Shown: positions 1 to 16,382, numbered from the stretch's first letter. The stretch: 64,000 nt of DNA from Trichoplax adhaerens (GCF_000150275.1 NW_002060960.1:431702-495701), one strand, 5' to 3'. Notes: generated from the sequence alone by a model not told the origin. Numbers and translations are program-made.

Positions 1-766
1 CTAATTTCTTTTGTACTGTAATACTTAATTAAAGGCAATGTACTATATAGTAGATAATGTGGTCGTTTTTAACTTTGAATTGAAATCGTTCTGCTTTCCA
101 AATTAACTTGCAGGTTTTTTGCTTATGTAGCTCATTCAATTCTTGCACACGCAAGAGTTATTTCCATCTTATTAAGTTAATAAACATGCGTGAAATTCCA
201 ACTAGACTTGTCGGTACAATGACACAGCTTTGCAAATACTATTGCGTATTGCCTTAAGGTTATGTCGGCTGTAAGCTCTTTAGTAGTTGATAAACAAAAT
301 TGCACCTTTCCTAAGATTGTAAATTTTTCTTTGATTATATAAATTATTGCTAAAGCTTGGCGTTAACCTACCTCGTATTGAAGCATACTAGGGCTAATAA
401 CTGAAAATTAAAATCATATTTTAATCAGAAGCATTGATTCTTTTGATCACGTACGGATGCAGCAGTTTTATAAACATTTTACATGGTTAACAAGATCCAA
501 CCTAGGATAGGAGCTATTCTTTGATTACATACAAGAATTAAAAATAAATTAAATCTTAACATTTCCACTCAGTGTAATTTATAAATTCTTGCATTATGAT
601 CGATCAAGAGTGCTTAACACTGGGCCACAAGCTGTCCCAATAGCTACAACTCTAAATACTTTACATTCCTCCTTTTACAACTACTATAGACATATTTATA
701 AGGGTAAAAAATATACAAAGTAAAATATACTAGTAATGACATAAAATGATTTAGTTAGTAATGAAG

Positions 767-2769
<2,003 letters not shown>

Positions 2770-5337
2770 CTATACAACAGTATACGCATATAGTTGTGAA
2801 ATATTGAAAAGATTATTACCTTTAATGTTCAAAGCTTAAGATGGACATAAAGGAATTATGGCGATTAAATTGGATATAGTTTTAAGCAAGACCTCAAAGA
2901 CACTCTATAAAAGCCGTTATTTGTACTACTGACAAATGTACTGTAAATGGAGCCGCTGTATGCATGCTTTCATAGCGGAAAGCTAAAGCTAGGCAAACCC
3001 ACAAGCACTGTAGACACCAACTCGATCTTGAATCGTGCTGACTAATCATTACGAAGAGAGTACATTACACAGACAGCATTAAACGGGAAATAATAAAGAT
3101 ATTACTCTTCAATGTAGAACCAACGTAAGTGCAGTTGGAAAGTATCAACTAGATCGAGATCCTAAAATTACAATAAGTACGACGTAATTCAGACAGGATG
3201 GGAAAATGCTTTGCATGTACGCTTGGTGTAGCAATAAACTATTTCCTTTAACCAATTAATTAATTCGATCAAGCGCGGGACTCAACTACATATCCACAAT
3301 TTACTATCGATTTGCAGTCATGCTACTATCATCATGATCGTTGCGATGATAACAAATAACAATCATCACTTGACATAAATGTTCAATCTTACATTAGCAA
3401 TTGGAGTCTCCATACTTGATCGTTGAATAGCTGGCGTATTGTCGTCATAAGCATCAATATTATGCACCTTTTTAGCCAATTTGTAGATGTGTTTTGAAAT
3501 CCACGATGGAGTTCAAATTCGTAATAAGGTAATAAAGAGAATAATTTCTTAAGTGATTTAGGCTTAATAGTACATGCTATAAGTAATTTTACCTACGACG
3601 ATATATTTCAGTTGTATGAGTAGGTCTCGTAACAACTTGCTACTACACGTTGCAGTATAATATACGCAATTATACAATATAATTACATTTAAGCCTAATC
3701 GATAGTCTATTGCTTTCTAATAGCAAGATGAGTTGTCGTTATCATTTCTTTTCTATAAATAATTAGTCTATGAAGCTTTCTGTCATAAATGAATAAATGA
3801 ATTTTCAAAGCTTAAATTATAAGGGGAGAAAAAACATTAATCAGGAGCTGTTATTGCTGGATTGGAGACTGCTTATATACTGTAGCTCTCCATCCGTTAC
3901 TAAATTGGTTTGGTTGAATTAGTAGCATTAACTCCGTCTTACATAACTTAATTGTCTGTCCTAGCAGCATTTGAAAGAAAGAGTACACTGCTATGCTGTG
4001 TACTAGATTTGTTGGCGACAGTTTAAAATTGTTCAACTGCACATGCTGTACAAGTCCATCGCTGGAAAATAGACACTGTGAGTACTCGTTGTACACTACA
4101 GCTGCATCAACGTATATTGTCATCTATGAAGCAAGTAAGTTAAGTTATTGATGTCTCCAATAGCAAATTACGACTGGGCAGGATAACAATTTCTACTTTA
4201 CTACGATTTGAAATCGACTTTAGATCCTTTCTTTCTACCAATTTTATTCGTTTCCAGGTCTCTGTTTACTAAGCATTACGGATCGACAGAATGGATGTTT
4301 AAACAGTAGAAAAAATGGATGATTAAGGTGTCTATTTTTGGTTAGCATGGAGTAATAAGAAGAGTATTGTATTAGACTGTAATGAGATTGAACTTCTGCA
4401 TGTTTCTTGAATGCTATTAAGGAGAGAAATGGCATTCCGATAGTTTGATCGCTGCATTACTGAACAACACTAAACTTGACTTATTCCACTTACTCTTCAT
4501 CGCAAGCACTTTCTACCAGTCACTGCACAACAGCATCAAAGCAATGAAGGTTCGATTTAGCATCGCCATGTCATTGACAATGGCAACTATGTGGTTAAAA
4601 TACAGTCTAACCTCTATCAAAGCAATGCTTATATCCTATTTGATTAAGATCATTCGCCAAATATTCAACATACCTGTATTTCGCGAACTTCGCTGAAACG
4701 TAAAAATTTACCATCTGCCTCCATTGTCCAAATGTCCACTTTCGAGTTGATAAGGTACTAAAAACATCAGAAATTCACTTCATAACCTGCAATGGATTCA
4801 CTAATGTCCACCTTGAAAAGATTTTCTATATTTTACAGTCAATTTAGTGTTAGTAGTGACTAGTTGAAGATTTTCTGCTGGTAGAAAATGGCTGCAAAGC
4901 GATTTTGCTATGGAATCATTTCAAATACTGATGAAAATAATGGCTGAGCTGATTGCTGAATGCATTGCTCGCCACGAGCTTTGCTTCCTAGTCATTACTA
5001 TTAGGCGTAACTCATGTTTGCGTAGCTATCTTGTGCCTGGATCCCAGGAGCATCGTCCGCATGTCCCGTCCATCCAGTACGAGCCACTCCCGCTACAGCT
5101 CATTCTATTTTAGAGGCCCTTCGAGATCAGTTGCTATGGGCCATCGAGGTGAAAATAAAACTTTGCCTCTATGCTTTATTTTTATTGCAAGATGATGTAC
5201 TTATTAATTGGTCAAAATCATGCCTTTGGCATCCATTTTGTACAATTGCACTATCCAATGGTAGAAACGTCAGACCTCTGTGCTACCTAGCTTGCAATGT
5301 ACTCAATCGATCAGTAGAGCAGGCAAATATCGAACAC

Positions 5338-6157
5338 AGTTCGATTCAGATGATTGCTTGGATACACGGTAGTACTCTCCTAACTTCACGTAAAGGAGAG
5401 ATGATGAATAATTGCCAAATGGAACAGAAATGCTATTTGCAAAACGATTTTATCACATTATGCTGCGAACTGATATTTCACTACTTTAACAAAGTAGCCA
5501 AGGCAAGAAATAATGCAATCAATTCAAATAAGTCAGTCCAAGCGGTAAATTCGAGCAAAGAAATTGTGGTAAACTAATTTAGTCATTAGATGAAGTAGAG
5601 GAGAGTTTTAGACGAAGTTCGATTCAGATTATTGCTTGGATATACGGTAGTACTCTCCTAACTTCAGGTAAAGGAGAGATGATGAATAGCTGCCAAATGG
5701 GACAGAAATACTATTTGCAAAACGATTTTATCACATCATGCTGCGAACTGATATTGTGCAAGTGTACATTCATGAATTATTATCATTCATCTACACTTAG
5801 ATCATTCTAATAATATATAACATATATACTTATATTCCTTATTGATTCAATTTTATAGTTGATAGTAAATACGAGTAATTCAACACTCGCTAAGTGATTT
5901 AGGCTTAATACTACTACATACATTCATGAATTATTATCACTCATCTACACTTAGATCATTCTAATTATATATATATTTAATGCTTTATTGATTTAATTTT
6001 ATAATTGATAGTAAACACGAGTAATTCAATACTCACTACTTTAACAAAGTAGACAAGGCTAGAAATAATGCAATCGATTCAAATAAGTCAGTCCAAGCGG
6101 TAAGTTCAAGCAAAGACACTGCAGTAAACCAATTTAGTTATTCGATGAGGTAGAGGA
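5338..6157. repeat. Mosaic of local duplications (A-B-A-C-C-B)
   Basis: Block A ~5338-5477 recurs at ~5616-5756, block B ~5480-5602 at ~6034-6157, and block C ~5765-5889 at ~5919-6033. Confidence 0.85.
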
Positions 6158-6349
6158 TTTTTATATGTAGATCAATCAATCAATACTAAAATGTTAGAGT
6201 ACTGAAAACTAACATAAGGCTTTGGAACACTACTACTGTACTAGTTAAGCGTATTTCAACTCCAAGCAGAAATGTGAATGAATTCAACAAATGAATAGTA
6301 ATATCCACAAATCACGGATTAATTTAGCATTCGTCGACGATGTATCAAG

Positions 6350-7645
6350 TCAACTAAAATACTTTGGTATGATTTCAAAGCCCAATTGATACAATTGTCG
6401 AGCAAGTAAATTGCAATCAGTTTCTCTTATTAGTTGACTCAAGTTGATAGTAATCGAGACTTCGTTTTTTTTATGGATTTCTTGAAATTCGCCAGTGGCC
6501 TCGTCAATATTTATATATTCTAAAACATTGACAACTTTGACCACAGTGGCTGTTCGAAAATCGTCCACTAATAACGGTGCATTCTTGGAGAATTTGTATA
6601 TCTTTGACTTTTTATGTCTGACATTGGGAACAAGGTGGACATATTCTTTACCAACAACAACAGCCCCGGTATGAACGTTTCGCCTTATTACGGGTGCTTT
6701 TCCTTGCATGAATTGCTGCATTTTCGATGAAAATTCATTTTGACATGTAGTAATGGTATTGGAAAGACAAATTCGAACATCCAAGTCATCAGGAAAGTTT
6801 TTAATGTCAATGTTGCAATATCTTCCCTCTTCCCTACTCAACACTAACTCCATCTGCCTATTATAATCGACATAAAAGTGATCTTGGAACTGAGCCGTTG
6901 CTATCGAGACTCTAAAAGTTTCATCTTCACTATCCAAAATGAATAAATTGTCGTCTCTATTTTCATCCTCATTGTCACAAAGTTTGTCAAAGATTGGATA
7001 AAATCCAGTGGAAAGGTAATACGGTACATGACAACTGCGGGAGCGTAAAGGATTTTTAAGAGATAGAAAATAATCTTTAAATTGAGTCACTGGCATTTGA
7101 TCAACAAATGGATTCAACCTTGTTATATAGCTGTATCCAAATCGAATAGTAGCGTTGAGATTTTCAAATTTAGATTGATCAACACAGGGCACCATAACCT
7201 GATCTATCCAATATTGTATTACCTTTGCCAACTCTTCAATGTCTTGATCATCATTGCGTGCATCAGGGCTCTCCGATAAACAAGCTACATAACGCGGATT
7301 ATTGATCTCGCCATCTCGACGATAGGAATTATGTTGATGATTTTGAAATTCCACTATTTGATTACTATCGTGAGAGCCACGTAAAAGGCAAAATTTAAGA
7401 AATGGAATCTCTTGTGAAGATGATTCGATATTTTCTTGTCTGTGGTGTGAAGTTTTATTACCATACACCCGATTTTGATTCGGATCATTTCTGTAATTTT
7501 GTTGATTTCGACGATCGCGTCGATGCTTTCCTTTCGATGAAGGATAATTATTTGACGGTCGCAATGCTGGATTCTTCATATTACATAAAAACTGATTAAG
7601 AAAGTCTTCGAAGGAAACATCATCGCTTTCTCGACTGGAAGCCAT
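6350..7645 (-). CDS. Intronless 431-aa uncharacterised protein, possible CYTH/triphosphate-tunnel-like fold
   Basis: Long open frame in AT-rich DNA, with the ATG preceded by AAAAA. Low-complexity N/Q/R-rich N-terminus, then a globular region with IRFG, DVRICLS, RHKKSKIY and NEVSITI motifs. Confidence 0.75.
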   Translation of the reverse strand: MASSRESDDVSFEDFLNQFLCNMKNPALRPSNNYPSSKGKHRRDRRNQQNYRNDPNQNRVYGNKTSHHRQENIESSSQEIPFLKFCLLRGSHDSNQIVEFQNHQHNSYRRDGEINNPRYVACLSESPDARNDDQDIEELAKVIQYWIDQVMVPCVDQSKFENLNATIRFGYSYITRLNPFVDQMPVTQFKDYFLSLKNPLRSRSCHVPYYLSTGFYPIFDKLCDNEDENRDDNLFILDSEDETFRVSIATAQFQDHFYVDYNRQMELVLSREEGRYCNIDIKNFPDDLDVRICLSNTITTCQNEFSSKMQQFMQGKAPVIRRNVHTGAVVVGKEYVHLVPNVRHKKSKIYKFSKNAPLLVDDFRTATVVKVVNVLEYINIDEATGEFQEIHKKNEVSITINLSQLIRETDCNLLARQLYQLGFEIIPKYFS

Positions 7646-8424
7646 TTTTTATTAGTTGGATGTTCGATTGACAATCCGAATAAAATTGCTGACGACTGCT
7701 ATTTACTGTAAGTACTATAATTCAAGCTTTAGGCGTGGCAATCAATAAATTGCTCTATTTAACTCTATAGTGCAGACCTGATGTATCGAAAGTAAATTTG
7801 CATACAGTGATTGTGTTGGATCTTGAGGTAAACTAGTGATACTTTTCATAAAATGCAGCTCTCGCTTTGCTACAAATTAATTGACTTTATTGAAGGTTAC
7901 ACTGCACTGTATATACATTGGTAGAGTAATTGAATGATGGTGTAAAGCAATGGCCAAGAGGTCTTAAGACTTTCCTTTTTATCAGATTCTAGCTGTAATA
8001 GTAACGGATCGCTTTGCCACTTAGCTTCATCGTTCTATACATATATTGAAGTTTCTAAATTCCTAGACATAACACAGACAAGCATTTTGATAACATAACA
8101 TGTTGATAATTGGCAATTTAGGATTATTATAACTTATAACTGATCTATTATAATTATTATTATCAGACATGACATTGCACTACGGTTCGGACTTAGTGTA
8201 TTAGTGTAACGATATATATATTTTCATGATTATTCGCGACAGCGATGATGGTGTTAAACTAGACGTATATATGTATAATTCTGATGTAATCTTTCATCTA
8301 GCAAAATGATACGTTGATAATTTATCCCTTTAACCTTTGCAACGCTTAGTGCTATCCTTAAAGATGATATTATCGATTAGTGTTATTTCGTATGAAAGTA
8401 ATGAAACTGCACGCACTATCTCAA

Positions 8425-9610
8425 CGAATAGTCAATGTCATCATTAATTAAGGGCTATTAATATACTTAATTTAATATACTATTTGCTAAATTAAATTAC
8501 ATTAGATTAGATGATATATATACCACTACAGTTTTAATCACATAGTCAATATCATCATTAGTTAACGGCTATTAATATACTAAATTAAATTACATTAGAC
8601 TAGATGATCTACAGTAAGAAAGCTTTCGGAAGGTTGAGAGTTTGGCATTAGTCGCAATAAAGTCAATAGAATAGTTAACGGAAGAGTAATTTTTATTGAG
8701 CTAGTGTAAGAGAATAAACGTGTAAGATTATCGTGCGAGTAATGACGTGACTAGTCGAATAACTATAGTAGTGTAGAATAGGTAAAGCGTGCAAGCTTAC
8801 CGTCTAACTACCAGAACTAACTCATGAGATAGGCGAAAGAAGATAGCTTTTATAATGTTAAGAGCACAGCAAGAGGAAATTACTTCTAGACACGGATGAT
8901 TCATAATAATACGTTACTTCTACGTAAGGGTAATGCTACGGTATAATCTAGCTAGAGTCTAAGTGATTTTCACAAAGTCAATTGTTAAATATAAGTAAAG
9001 CATATTTAGAGTTATGTTGCAGTTTAGTGGAAATTCACGTTTCACTAAAAATGGACTACACCGTATTTAGAAGTAAACACTACACAGTAGATACCACTAC
9101 GGCTTTAACCACATAGTCAATATCATCATTAGTTAAGCGTTATTAATGTACTATTTGCTAAGTTAAACTAAATTAGATTAGGTAGCATACAGTATATACC
9201 ACTAGTTTTAACCGCATAGTCAATGTTATCATTAGGGAAGGGCAATTAATATATTATTAGCTACATTCGATTACATGAGATTAGATGATCTGCATACGAC
9301 TGCAGTTTTAACACCAACGCTATTCACCGATTCACTTTGACGAAAACAAGTCTGTCTATTCGCGAAATCACTGGATTTCGTACTTGCACAGTAACAGTAC
9401 CATTGATGATCATGAATCCAAGTTTGGATCCATGTTTAATCTGGTAGAATGTCATGATTAGCAAAAATTTATCGATTAATCCGGCTGATTTCACTCAATG
9501 ATTAGAAGCGATTTTATTTTATTTTAATTAATTTATGTATACGACTATAGTTTTAACACCGTTGCCGATATTCACCGATTCGCTGGACGAAAACAAGTCT
9601 GTCTACAATT
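8425..9610. repeat. Degenerate ~100-bp local repeats
   Basis: A 'tagtcaat(a/g)tcatcatta..ttaa...ctattaatatac...attaga.tagatgat' unit at ~8429, 8543, 9114 and 9217. A second unit 'agttttaacacc...tattcaccgattc...gacgaaaacaagtctgtcta' at ~9304 and ~9548. Confidence 0.75.
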
Positions 9611-9834
9611 CATAAAATGAAACACTTCTCTTTCAAGTTGAAGTACAACTAAGGACTACTAGAAATAGTCCTTGGTAAAATACGCTATTTATTTCAACCA
9701 TGCTACTCTCTGCTTACGCTGCTAATCATCCATTTGTCTTTATAAAACATGGTCGCCACTGAATTAGATTCATTATTAACGTAGAATTGCTCACAAAGTC
9801 AATTTACGGCTATGCTTCTGTAATATTTGTTATC

Positions 9835-10270
9835 CCTAGGCTATTCTGAACTACTGATTCACAGTAAAGCTGAGACGGGGTGGGGGGGGGGGTACTTTAG
9901 AATAAGAGTAACTTTATTACGTACATAAAAAGGTTCTAGAATATTAGCAATAAAAAGGCTATAGCTAGTAGTAAAATGTTCGTCTACCAATCTCTACTTG
10001 GCAAATCTGGGAGGCTACCTTAGCTCTCTCACTAAGACCTTTTTACCAGCAGCATAGGATTCGGGCCCATCTTATTTGTCAACATATTTTCAACCAATCT
10101 CGTAACACAATTATTCCCATACGGAGACTATCATTGATTGATATTTTACTATAAACTCTGGGCCCAGCTAGCTGCGACTCCTTTTCTTTCCCTTGATTCT
10201 TGTTTTGGACTTTCGAAACCAATCAGATTATTCGCCGGGTTCGCAACTTCGCCTCCCGCTAGGGAATTCT
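9835..10270 (-). repeat. Dispersed ~430-bp repeat, copy 1 (inverted relative to 22310-22735)
   Basis: Collinear reverse-complement anchors shared with copy 2: tattagcaataaaaa, ccttagctct, ttgtcaacat, ttttactataa, ccaatcag, tcccgctagg. Confidence 0.75.
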
Positions 10271-12190
10271 CGACATGTAGTTTGACCAAACTGAACTATC
10301 GAGAATTACATCATCGATGTCTTAACACCTCCTCGACATACTGACATAGGCTGTTCTTAGATCTTGGCTCACTCTACCATCCAAGAGAGTAAACATAGAC
10401 CTCCCAAGGTCATTTTTAATTAAAATGTTCATTCTCGTACTAGATAAAATTTGATACAAATCACGTATTAATCATGGTAAGGATTAGTCAACCATGTTTG
10501 CTTTCTTCTTTCAATCGATAATAATACGCAACTGTACAAAATCAACATTTCTGTTGCTTAACAAGGTCTTCGTATAGGAGTATTATCCAGTCCGTTTATT
10601 TGCTGACAACAAAGTATAGCTCGTCCGTTGACAATTTGTAAACAGCTGAAGATATTAGCTAATATTCGAGATCAGGTTATCAATTGAATATTGTATATTT
10701 TCCGTTGCTTATCCGAGCGCAGGTCAAAGAAACACGTCCTCGCCCTAGTACAAATCTACCAGATACCTTTATTTCTTGTCAACCACTAACGACTAATTCT
10801 ACTTGCATTTATTCGCATAAATTGCATTTGCAGTATATAAACGGCAGTATATATTGATCTCAGTTTAGAATCGCTCATGGCTAGCGGAAGAGTGAACACT
10901 AAACTAGTCGGCAAAAACACAGACTGAGTGAACAACGTATCGTAAACATTTATACCGTATAATCTACTGTAGATCGTATTAGTCAATTCTAACAAGAGGA
11001 AAGGCACGCTGTTAACCAATTTCTGCATAAGTACGAGTACAGTCATGATCCCTCTCTATTCTGTCAAACAAAATTTAAAAATATCCTTTAGCTGAAATAG
11101 ATGAAAGGGTCTGTACAGACAGTTTGAGCACTCTACTGTGTTTGTTCTTTCTGCTCCACTTTTTTATATCGTTTGGGTATTGCCATTTCTACCTCACTAG
11201 TAATCAGTCATGACATGATAGCACTTGTTTTAAGTGCAGACACAAGCTGAAAGCCATTAAATTGAGCCTTACTGTAGTAAATACCGAGATAAATTTAGAA
11301 TTACAAGACTGAAACTGCGTTTGCCTTATGGAATTCCAAGCCTAGCAATCGACCATATTTTATTAGTCAATATAGACAAGCATAAAGCATCAATATGTTG
11401 TTGAATATGTTTTAAGTATGGTTCAAGGTGATTATTCTTTTCTATGGATCTCGTGTTGTCTTTCTTATAATATCGAAAGTGTAAAATACCATGGAATGAA
11501 TAAATACATTTGCTATAAACGCGTTGTCGGATAATACTAACCGATAGTGTTGCAAAGTAGCTAGTAGCAAAGTAATCGCTTGCAGACTGTGTTAGCGTGC
11601 AAAATCGCATTGCCAGATGAGCTAAATATAACTCTTAAAGTCAACAATTTCCATTGAAATACAGCAAGCTGCTATGTTATTTTTAGTTAATGCCATATTG
11701 CATAGATGAAGTAATGAAGGTATTTAAAATCTTACAAGGCTAGAAAACCTAAAGTTTTTCCTAGCGTGTCGTAACGTAAATACTGTAAGCATTCCAGGGA
11801 ATTTAACCACTAAGTATCAACGATTTGAGAGTTCATAAGAGAGAACGACTTAAAATAAGTAGTATTTAAATCTTTAAACTATCAATTCTACCTCGTTTGC
11901 ATTAGTTGCTTCTTTAAAATAAGAAGTATAGCCTTCGAAGGAAAAGATTAACGTTGTTATTGTCACCAAAAAGCAGCCGGAGTGGTGATAATACTATTTA
12001 TAAATTCGTTTAACAGTTATCATTATAGTGATTTGTTGACCTACAGATTATCCAGCCAAATTTAAAGCCTTACGTCTTTATCGAAATAGACAGATTGTCT
12101 CTTATTCATTAAGCAATTTAATTCAAAAATTAGATATTACGATTAAAAAGCGCCCATTGCTAATACAAAGCTAAAATAATAAAGAAAATT

Positions 12191-15004
12191 ATGGATGAAA
12201 AACTTCTTGATTCTAGCGAGGAAACCCAAGTAACGATTAAATCATCTAGACCTAATCAACAATCCATCAATTCCAACGAGCTCATTATCATTGAGCAACC
12301 ATCTGAACAGCAAAATTATGGCACTTCGGAAGAATTACAAAACATCCAATGGATGCAGCCACCACAAGTTTGCCAACCTGATGCTCCACCTGGTCTTGAA
12401 TACTTAACACAAATTGATCAACTCTTAATTCATCAAGTGATTGAGATATTCGAAGGTAGGGAGGCAATCACTTTAAGTAATGCTGCTAAAGCGATAAAGT
12501 TTATAGTGCAAGACTGTCATACCTTAACTTAATAACAACGATAATTGCTATCGATCGAGGCATTTCATGTTAATTGACAATTAAAAAATTAAAATAGGAA
12601 TCCATCCTAGACTCCAAATTCTATGTTCCGTTAATACTTTGTTGGATGCTTATGATAGAGTACGCGTACAATTGGAAAGATTGAATTTACAGTAACAGTT
12701 CATTTATATGAAAATCAATTGAATTTTAACAATTTTCTCTTAGCCGTTACGGGGTTTCAAACACGAAAGCGATTTTTTGTAAAGAATAGTATGGGCCAGC
12801 AAGTCTTGTTTGCCTCTGAACGTAAGTTCGACATTTATTCAAATTGATAAGCACCTTCAAGTCAAAATTTCACTCTACTGTAGATCAGTTCCTATCATTA
12901 ATTAATTTTTAGTCTTTCAATCATGAACTTAGGTAATGACTGCTTAACCATGCAATGCTGTGGATCCATTCGGCCATTCGAAATAAACTTAACCGACAAT
13001 ATGAAACGAGATATTATCCATTTATCGCGCCCCATGCGATTAGGATGCCGTTGCTTTCCATGTTGTCTACAAGAATTAGAAGTTCAAGCACCTCCCGGTG
13101 AAACTATAGGTTACGTCCGGCAAATGTAAATCAATCTTTTTCCTTACTAAAACATCGCTTCATTATCAAATATTTATATCACATCAGCTAACATTCAGTC
13201 TATCTTCCATTTCTAATTAGACAAACCTTTGTTAAGCGAGAATTCAACATCTTAAATACTTTCAGAGATCCAGTATTAAAAATTAGAGGACCTTGCTGGT
13301 TGTGCTCATGCCTTACCGACATCGATTTCGATGTACGTAAATGTTATCTAACTCTTATTCAACCATCCAATATTGTATTAAAGTGGGCATACTGCTAAAG
13401 CCAAATGACTACGCTAGGAAAAAGCAGCCTTCTGCAGCTTCTAGAATATCGGCATTGCTAGATACTCAATTTGATTTGTAGATATTGCATTACTAATGTT
13501 ACAGTTATCTACGACTACGCCAAATTTTTAACTAGCTCGTATTTAATTTCCAGATATTAACGAGTGATGGAGAGACTGTTATAGGGAAAATAACAAAGCA
13601 ATGGCCTGGATTATGGCGAGAAACGTTTACTCTTGCAGACAATTTTGGGATAAGATGTAAGGAAATTTAAAATTTTGATCTCTTCAGGAGAACAACTACG
13701 CTAATTGTAATAAGGTGAAAATGCAAGCTTTCATTATATCGTCAAAAGATATTTTGGCCAATTAGTTAGATTCTCTGTAGTGAAATAATTACGAGTTATC
13801 TTCCACCCTGACGCTAACTAATGCAGCTTTTCTGCTGATTAAATATATAATTTAGCCAAAAATAGAATTCATTTAATTCAATAAATTTTTAATGCCAGAT
13901 CAAACTTTAGGAAAAAGTTTCATAAAAATCACAAGCACTATAATATTCGCACCATAAGTGATCAGGACCAGAAAGAAGCAGCGCATTCTAATATTACGAA
14001 TTAAAAAATGAAATCTAATAAATTAAATGGTTGATTCGAAAGTTGAAATTAGTTCCCTGTGTAATTAATATTAAAAATTAGAAAATGAAATTTAATTGAC
14101 TAGTCGATTCGGAAATTAAGATAAATTCGATATATATCAGATAGAAGCAGCACATAATATTAAGAATTAGAAAATGAGATTCAAGTAATTTAAATTTATA
14201 ATCGGTTCAAAAGTTAATATTTATTCGATATGTAGTGTAAATTTAATGAGATCAAAATTAAAACCGATACAAATAGACTAGGACAATAATTGAAAGGTTT
14301 CGCATATTCGATCTACGTATACATAGGCCTAACTCACTTATAGAACTAAAATCTTATACTGCCTTATTATTATTATCACCTATTCTAGTTCCAGTAGATT
14401 TAGATGTTAAAATTAAAGCAACGCTACTTGGAGCTGTTTTCCTCATGGTAAGTTTATAATCCAGAAATGATGTTAACAATTGTCCATCCATCGCCCTATT
14501 TTGATGGGAGATGAATAACCTTCCAATGTTAATCTAATCTAAAAGTTAGCGAATAGTACTTCTAGTGTCTTTATTAATTTAGTTTTGATTGTAAATATAT
14601 GCTATAGTAGATGGCAGTATTGAATAATTGTAGATGCTAAAACGCTCGCTGTATCAATAATTAAAGGCAGCTAGCCTCTCTGTAATCTAAAATTTCTTAT
14701 TAATCGTAAAGAGTTGTTGGCTCCATCAGTAGTAAGTTTAAAATTTCTTAACTTGATATAGTCGTCAATATCGTTGTTTATTACAATTTGATAAATTTGA
14801 TTTTATGCTTTTTTTCTACACTTTGATAATTCAATTCACTGACAGTTAATAATCGCCATTTCCTGTCGTTTTTAACAAGTGAATAATATAATATTTTATT
14901 TCATTCTTGCCGGTAACAAACGTAATTAAGCTGTTAATATTGAATGTTTATTTTAGGATTTCATGTATTTTGAAGGAAACAATCGACGTAGAAGACGCTA
15001 TTAA
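12191..15004 (+). CDS. PLSCR: Phospholipid scramblase (PLSCR family)
   Basis: Exons 12191-12455, 12744-12821, 12933-13125, 13221-13332, 13554-13656, 14389-14447, 14957-15004. Motifs [34 protein letters not shown], Cys-rich [59 protein letters not shown]. Confidence 0.95.
13970..14230. repeat. About three degenerate ~85-bp tandem units in a scramblase intron
   Basis: Recurring 'aatatta..aatta.aaaatga.at' followed by 'ttc.aaa' at ~13990, 14067 and 14155; 'agaagcagc' occurs twice. Confidence 0.6.
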
Positions 15005-16382
15005 CTAGGGCCTGGTTAAAATTACAGAAATTAATCTATAATGATTTAATTTTCAATATCTTTCACTAAGACTGATTGTACTAGTACTATAAGGAAAGTC
15101 TATCATTTTTTAATGCAGCTTTTCTATTACAAGAATTATCATTCAAATTGTCTTGCAGCGCCAATATACTCTCTTCCAGAATAGATAAACTTCATTCTGG
15201 CATTTTTCAGCGCTATCTGTTTGTCATCTACTTGCAAGATGACTACATTAGTTTTAAATTTCTATACCTTGGATATGATTTAATTGTATATTTGGTATAT
15301 AGAAACTGTTAAAGTCGTTTAGTTAGCAACATGCATATTATAATACTTCAGTTTAATTAAGCTGATGATAAAATAGATAATTTCCAAAAATATCATAGAG
15401 TATGATCTATTGTATAAAAGTAAAAGTGCATCATAATTTCTCGGTGGGCGTTTTATGCAAAGTTGGATTGATGCCTTAGTAAGTTAAAGATGAATTAAGA
15501 TTTAAAATGATCTATTTAATTTACGCGTATATTGCCCTTTCGACAGACTGAGATAGAGTGTAAGTAATTTCTGCTAACTTTAGAATATTGATAGAGGCTA
15601 GCACTGTTCTTTCTATCTTGATAAATTATGAAATTGTATTATATTTATCTTCCAAACCCGTATTTATTATTTTATGCCAGCGATTCTAGATCACTAGCTG
15701 TAAATGAAACAGCTATCAAACGAAGTTTGCGTCAAAATATTCAATCTAGTTTAGTATTTTAGATTTGTAATACTAATAGAAATTGAATCATGTTTAATGA
15801 AAAAATTCTAAATATGGCCATGAGAGAATCTTGTTTCAATGTGAATAATGTGAGCTACAATAAATTTGCTAAATGAAATTTATTGATAAAAACTGAAAAA
15901 TATGCTAGATTGATATTGGATGACTTCACAAATGAATTAAAAATGAAAATAAATAAAGTTTTCAAAGTTATGATATAAAGAATGAACATCTAATTATTCG
16001 ATTTTTACGTACATTATTACTTCATTTACTCTTGATATTAAATGATACGATAGTGCTCTTTTCACTATAGCAAATTGAAAAGTTTTTATTAATTTTCATG
16101 ACTATAACTAGAGGAGAGGTAATTTCAATGTAATTACAATAATCATCACAATTCCTATCAGTTACTCTTATCGTACTAAATGAATCTCGAACTTGACCAT
16201 TTTATGGGACTGTCTCTCGTTATTCGGAATATTTGGAACCTATCCATATTGAATAGTCTCGGATAGCTATCCATCGAAGTTTACTTAGATGTATTAGACA
16301 AATACTTTTTAATTAACTTAGCCATATAGGGATGATCATGATGAAAGATTAAAATTAAATGTTACAGCTTAGATGTTTATCT

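Noticed and set aside
3851-5577. Short ORFs upstream of the GPATCH8-like gene
   Set aside because: No recognisable domain and no phase-consistent exon chain. 5131-5577 runs through a local repeat.
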